DNA from: Balanoglossus misakiensis
Lineage: Eukaryota; Animalia; Hemichordata
Assembly (NCBI GenBank): GCA_040954595.2
Contig: CM082595.2
Coordinates: 1,862,635 to 1,926,634, forward strand
Length of the DNA stretch: 64,000 nt
Direction: 5' to 3'
This document shows, one piece after another, positions 62,230 through 64,000 of this stretch. The position numbers and the translations under genes were made by a program. A model generated the notes under the pieces. It was not told the origin of the DNA. It saw nothing but the letters and a program-made list of their open reading frames with translations, and did no database searches. Each line of letters opens with the position of its first letter. The first letter of the stretch is position 1.

Positions 62230-63360
62230 CTATCCAGTTCTTCCCAAGGCAAGTACACCAATCAGAACAATGATCTCTGTTACAAAAGGAAATGCACTGA
62301 AAATAGAGAAATACAACAAACATATTGAATTATTGGCAATACATGGATATCTAATGATTTGGACAGTTATACAGCAGAGATTGTTCAGTAATTAGTGAAG
62401 TTTGGTAGGTTGTTTTGTAATATGTGTTGCTGTACAAGAAATGATGCCACTGTTCTAATGAGTGACTCACCTACAAAAACCAAATATCCACCAGAATATG
62501 TAACATGGCCATTCTTGAAAGAGATAGAAGGACAATGCTACAGCCCCACTGGCATGTGCTCCTATGGCTGGTCATTAAAGTTAAGAATAGTCAACGGTTT
62601 TAAATAATTATGGATCCACATAGCACCTTCATGTCTCTCTGACTCTGAGATATCAGGGTATGTGATTGTCGTAGAGGGTGCTATGCATCAATGTCACTTC
62701 ACATTGACTTGGTGGGTGTGTGTATGTACAGCATCAATATTGTCTTTTGCATTTTCATTACCAAAAATGCATTCTGCTGGATTGCATGTTAAAGGATACA
62801 TATCATGTTCTGAGAATGTATAAACATAGATGTTCCACTCATAAAACCAATGATTTCGATGCCAAGGAATGCTATGGTAAGTGATAAACCAACAATTAAC
62901 CTGAAAATAAACAGATGTAATGAAACATTATTACAAAGGAGAAATTCTTGTACTGCATGTACGAGATAAACTGGTACAAAGTTTACATATATCATGTATA
63001 TAAGCAAGACATATCTACATCAAAGGATATACACCTGTATAGGTAATACTCACTCAGTGTCCCTGGTTGTATATTGGTCCTGGGTGTATTCGTATGGCAA
63101 GCAAGCCTTCACATTAGCATCCTACATATGGAAATGGGGAATGAGAATTACAAAGCAAGCAAATCTAAATGTAATATGAAGCTGTAATGTGGGCTTTATA
63201 TAGGTATCAGTGTATCATAAAAATCATCTGTGTTACCATAGAAACAGTTATAGACTGTAAAATCATTACTCACCCTGGCCCATAGGATTGTAATAGCAAT
63301 TACAAGATGGGCGATCATGCTAAGAAATCGAGCTGGCAATAGCGAGCTTAACTGAGACAT
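62230..63360 (-). CDS. TMEM107: Transmembrane protein 107 (ciliary transition zone)
   Basis: Exons 63274-63360 (MSQLSSLLPARFLSMIAHLVIAITILWAR), 63054-63121 (DANVKACLPYEYTQDQY), 62800-62900 (LIVGLSLTIAFLGIEIIGFMSGTSMF), 62471-62567 (SIGAHASGAVALSFYLFQEWPCYIFWWIFGFC) and 62230-62296 (SAFPFVTEIIVLIGVLALGRTG*). Matches human TMEM107 (LVPSRFLTLLAHLVVVITLFWSR...SIGAHCSASVALSFF...YIFVFCSALP). Confidence 0.94.
62568..62799 (-). other. U12-type (minor spliceosome) GT-AG intron in TMEM107
   Basis: The 5' splice site is GTATCCTTT (complement of aaaggatac, 62791-62799). A branch site TTCTTAAC lies about 13 nt before the CAG acceptor, and there is no polypyrimidine tract. Confidence 0.9.
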
Positions 63361-63431
63361 GCTGACTGTAACACTCTAAGAACTGGCAATCAACAAAAAA
63401 TAACTTTAGCGCTGTTCTCGAAGTTTGTACC

Positions 63432-63445
63432 GTTACTATAGAAAC
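63432..63445. promoter_or_regulatory. RFX X-box upstream of TMEM107
   Basis: GTTACTATAGAAAC lies ~70 nt upstream of the ATG, with a second X-box GTTACCATAGAAAC in intron 1 (63232-63245). RFX control is typical of ciliary genes. Confidence 0.65.
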
Positions 63446-64000
63446 TTGATCATGAAACTCTACATTGGCTTCCAATTTCATGCAGCAATTATCGGTGTCT
63501 ATGACATCGTTTCCTTTCAAATGATTTCCTTGGTCGGCGTCTTTCAAGTCGACAGCGATTCGGTACGATTTCTTTCGCGGAAATTAATGCTAACGCGTCA
63601 AAATTGATCGAGATGTCAAAAATATATAACTTTCTGTCGTCTGTTTTGGTTTCCAGCTCAGGAATTGAATATGTCCGCGTCTGCCTCGTCCAATGACAAA
63701 ACGGAAAGGGTATTGCCAGAAAAACTGTAGATTTCTATTTGTTTTAACATCATGTTATATTGTATTTACAAGCTGAAGACTCATTTAATTATAACAAAAT
63801 CAATTTTATTATCATATTCAGCTATAAAATATAATGTTATTTATGAAAGAAGTCTTATATTTACTGTCCCCGTGTTGGTATGCATCACCCTTGACAAAAA
63901 ATAGTATATCCCACACTCGTGTACGTTTCGAATTCTCGTACGTAGCTTCCGGTTGAAAGGGATTTTTCTCAAACATCAAATGAATACATTGTTTTCAATA

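Noticed and set aside
61700-62230. U8 snoRNA (SNORD118), which lies at the TMEM107 3' end in human
   Set aside because: No sequence resembling U8 or a convincing C/D box pair was visible. An Infernal/Rfam search would be needed.
63657-63730. Possible exon of a gene divergent from TMEM107 (MSASASSNDKTER...)
   Set aside because: It is too short, the donor is weak, no homology is recognisable, and the window ends before it can be extended.

Overview
AT-rich, compact, intron-rich animal genomic DNA. It is most consistent with an invertebrate deuterostome (possibly a hemichordate; this is inference from gene content, not proven). Genes assembled by hand from splice sites, in order: 5' part of UBE4B (-), brambleberry/GEX1-KAR5-family nuclear fusion gene (-), an 11-exon class I [4Fe-4S] fumarate hydratase (+), a secreted Draxin homolog (+), AURKAIP1/mS38 (-), a tandem array of seven 4-exon AGTRAP-family genes (+), LRRC23 (-), an 11-zinc-finger CASZ1/castor (+) and TMEM107 (-, containing a U12-type intron). 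Four observations stand out. (1) An apparent invertebrate Draxin keeps the Cys-rich C-terminal domain and half of the Netrin-binding peptide, and lies next to AGTRAP as in human 1p36.22. (2) AGTRAP is expanded to seven copies, five of which gained a variable Cys-bounded loop and lost the cytosolic tail. (3) The class I Fe-S fumarase is intact and carries a mitochondrial-type leader. (4) The block preserves linkage with human 1p36 and its paralogous regions. Smaller items include TTAA-flanked MITEs, a CArG-box cluster, many RFX X-box palindromes and nested hairpins. Homology calls rest on recalled reference sequences; no searches were run.
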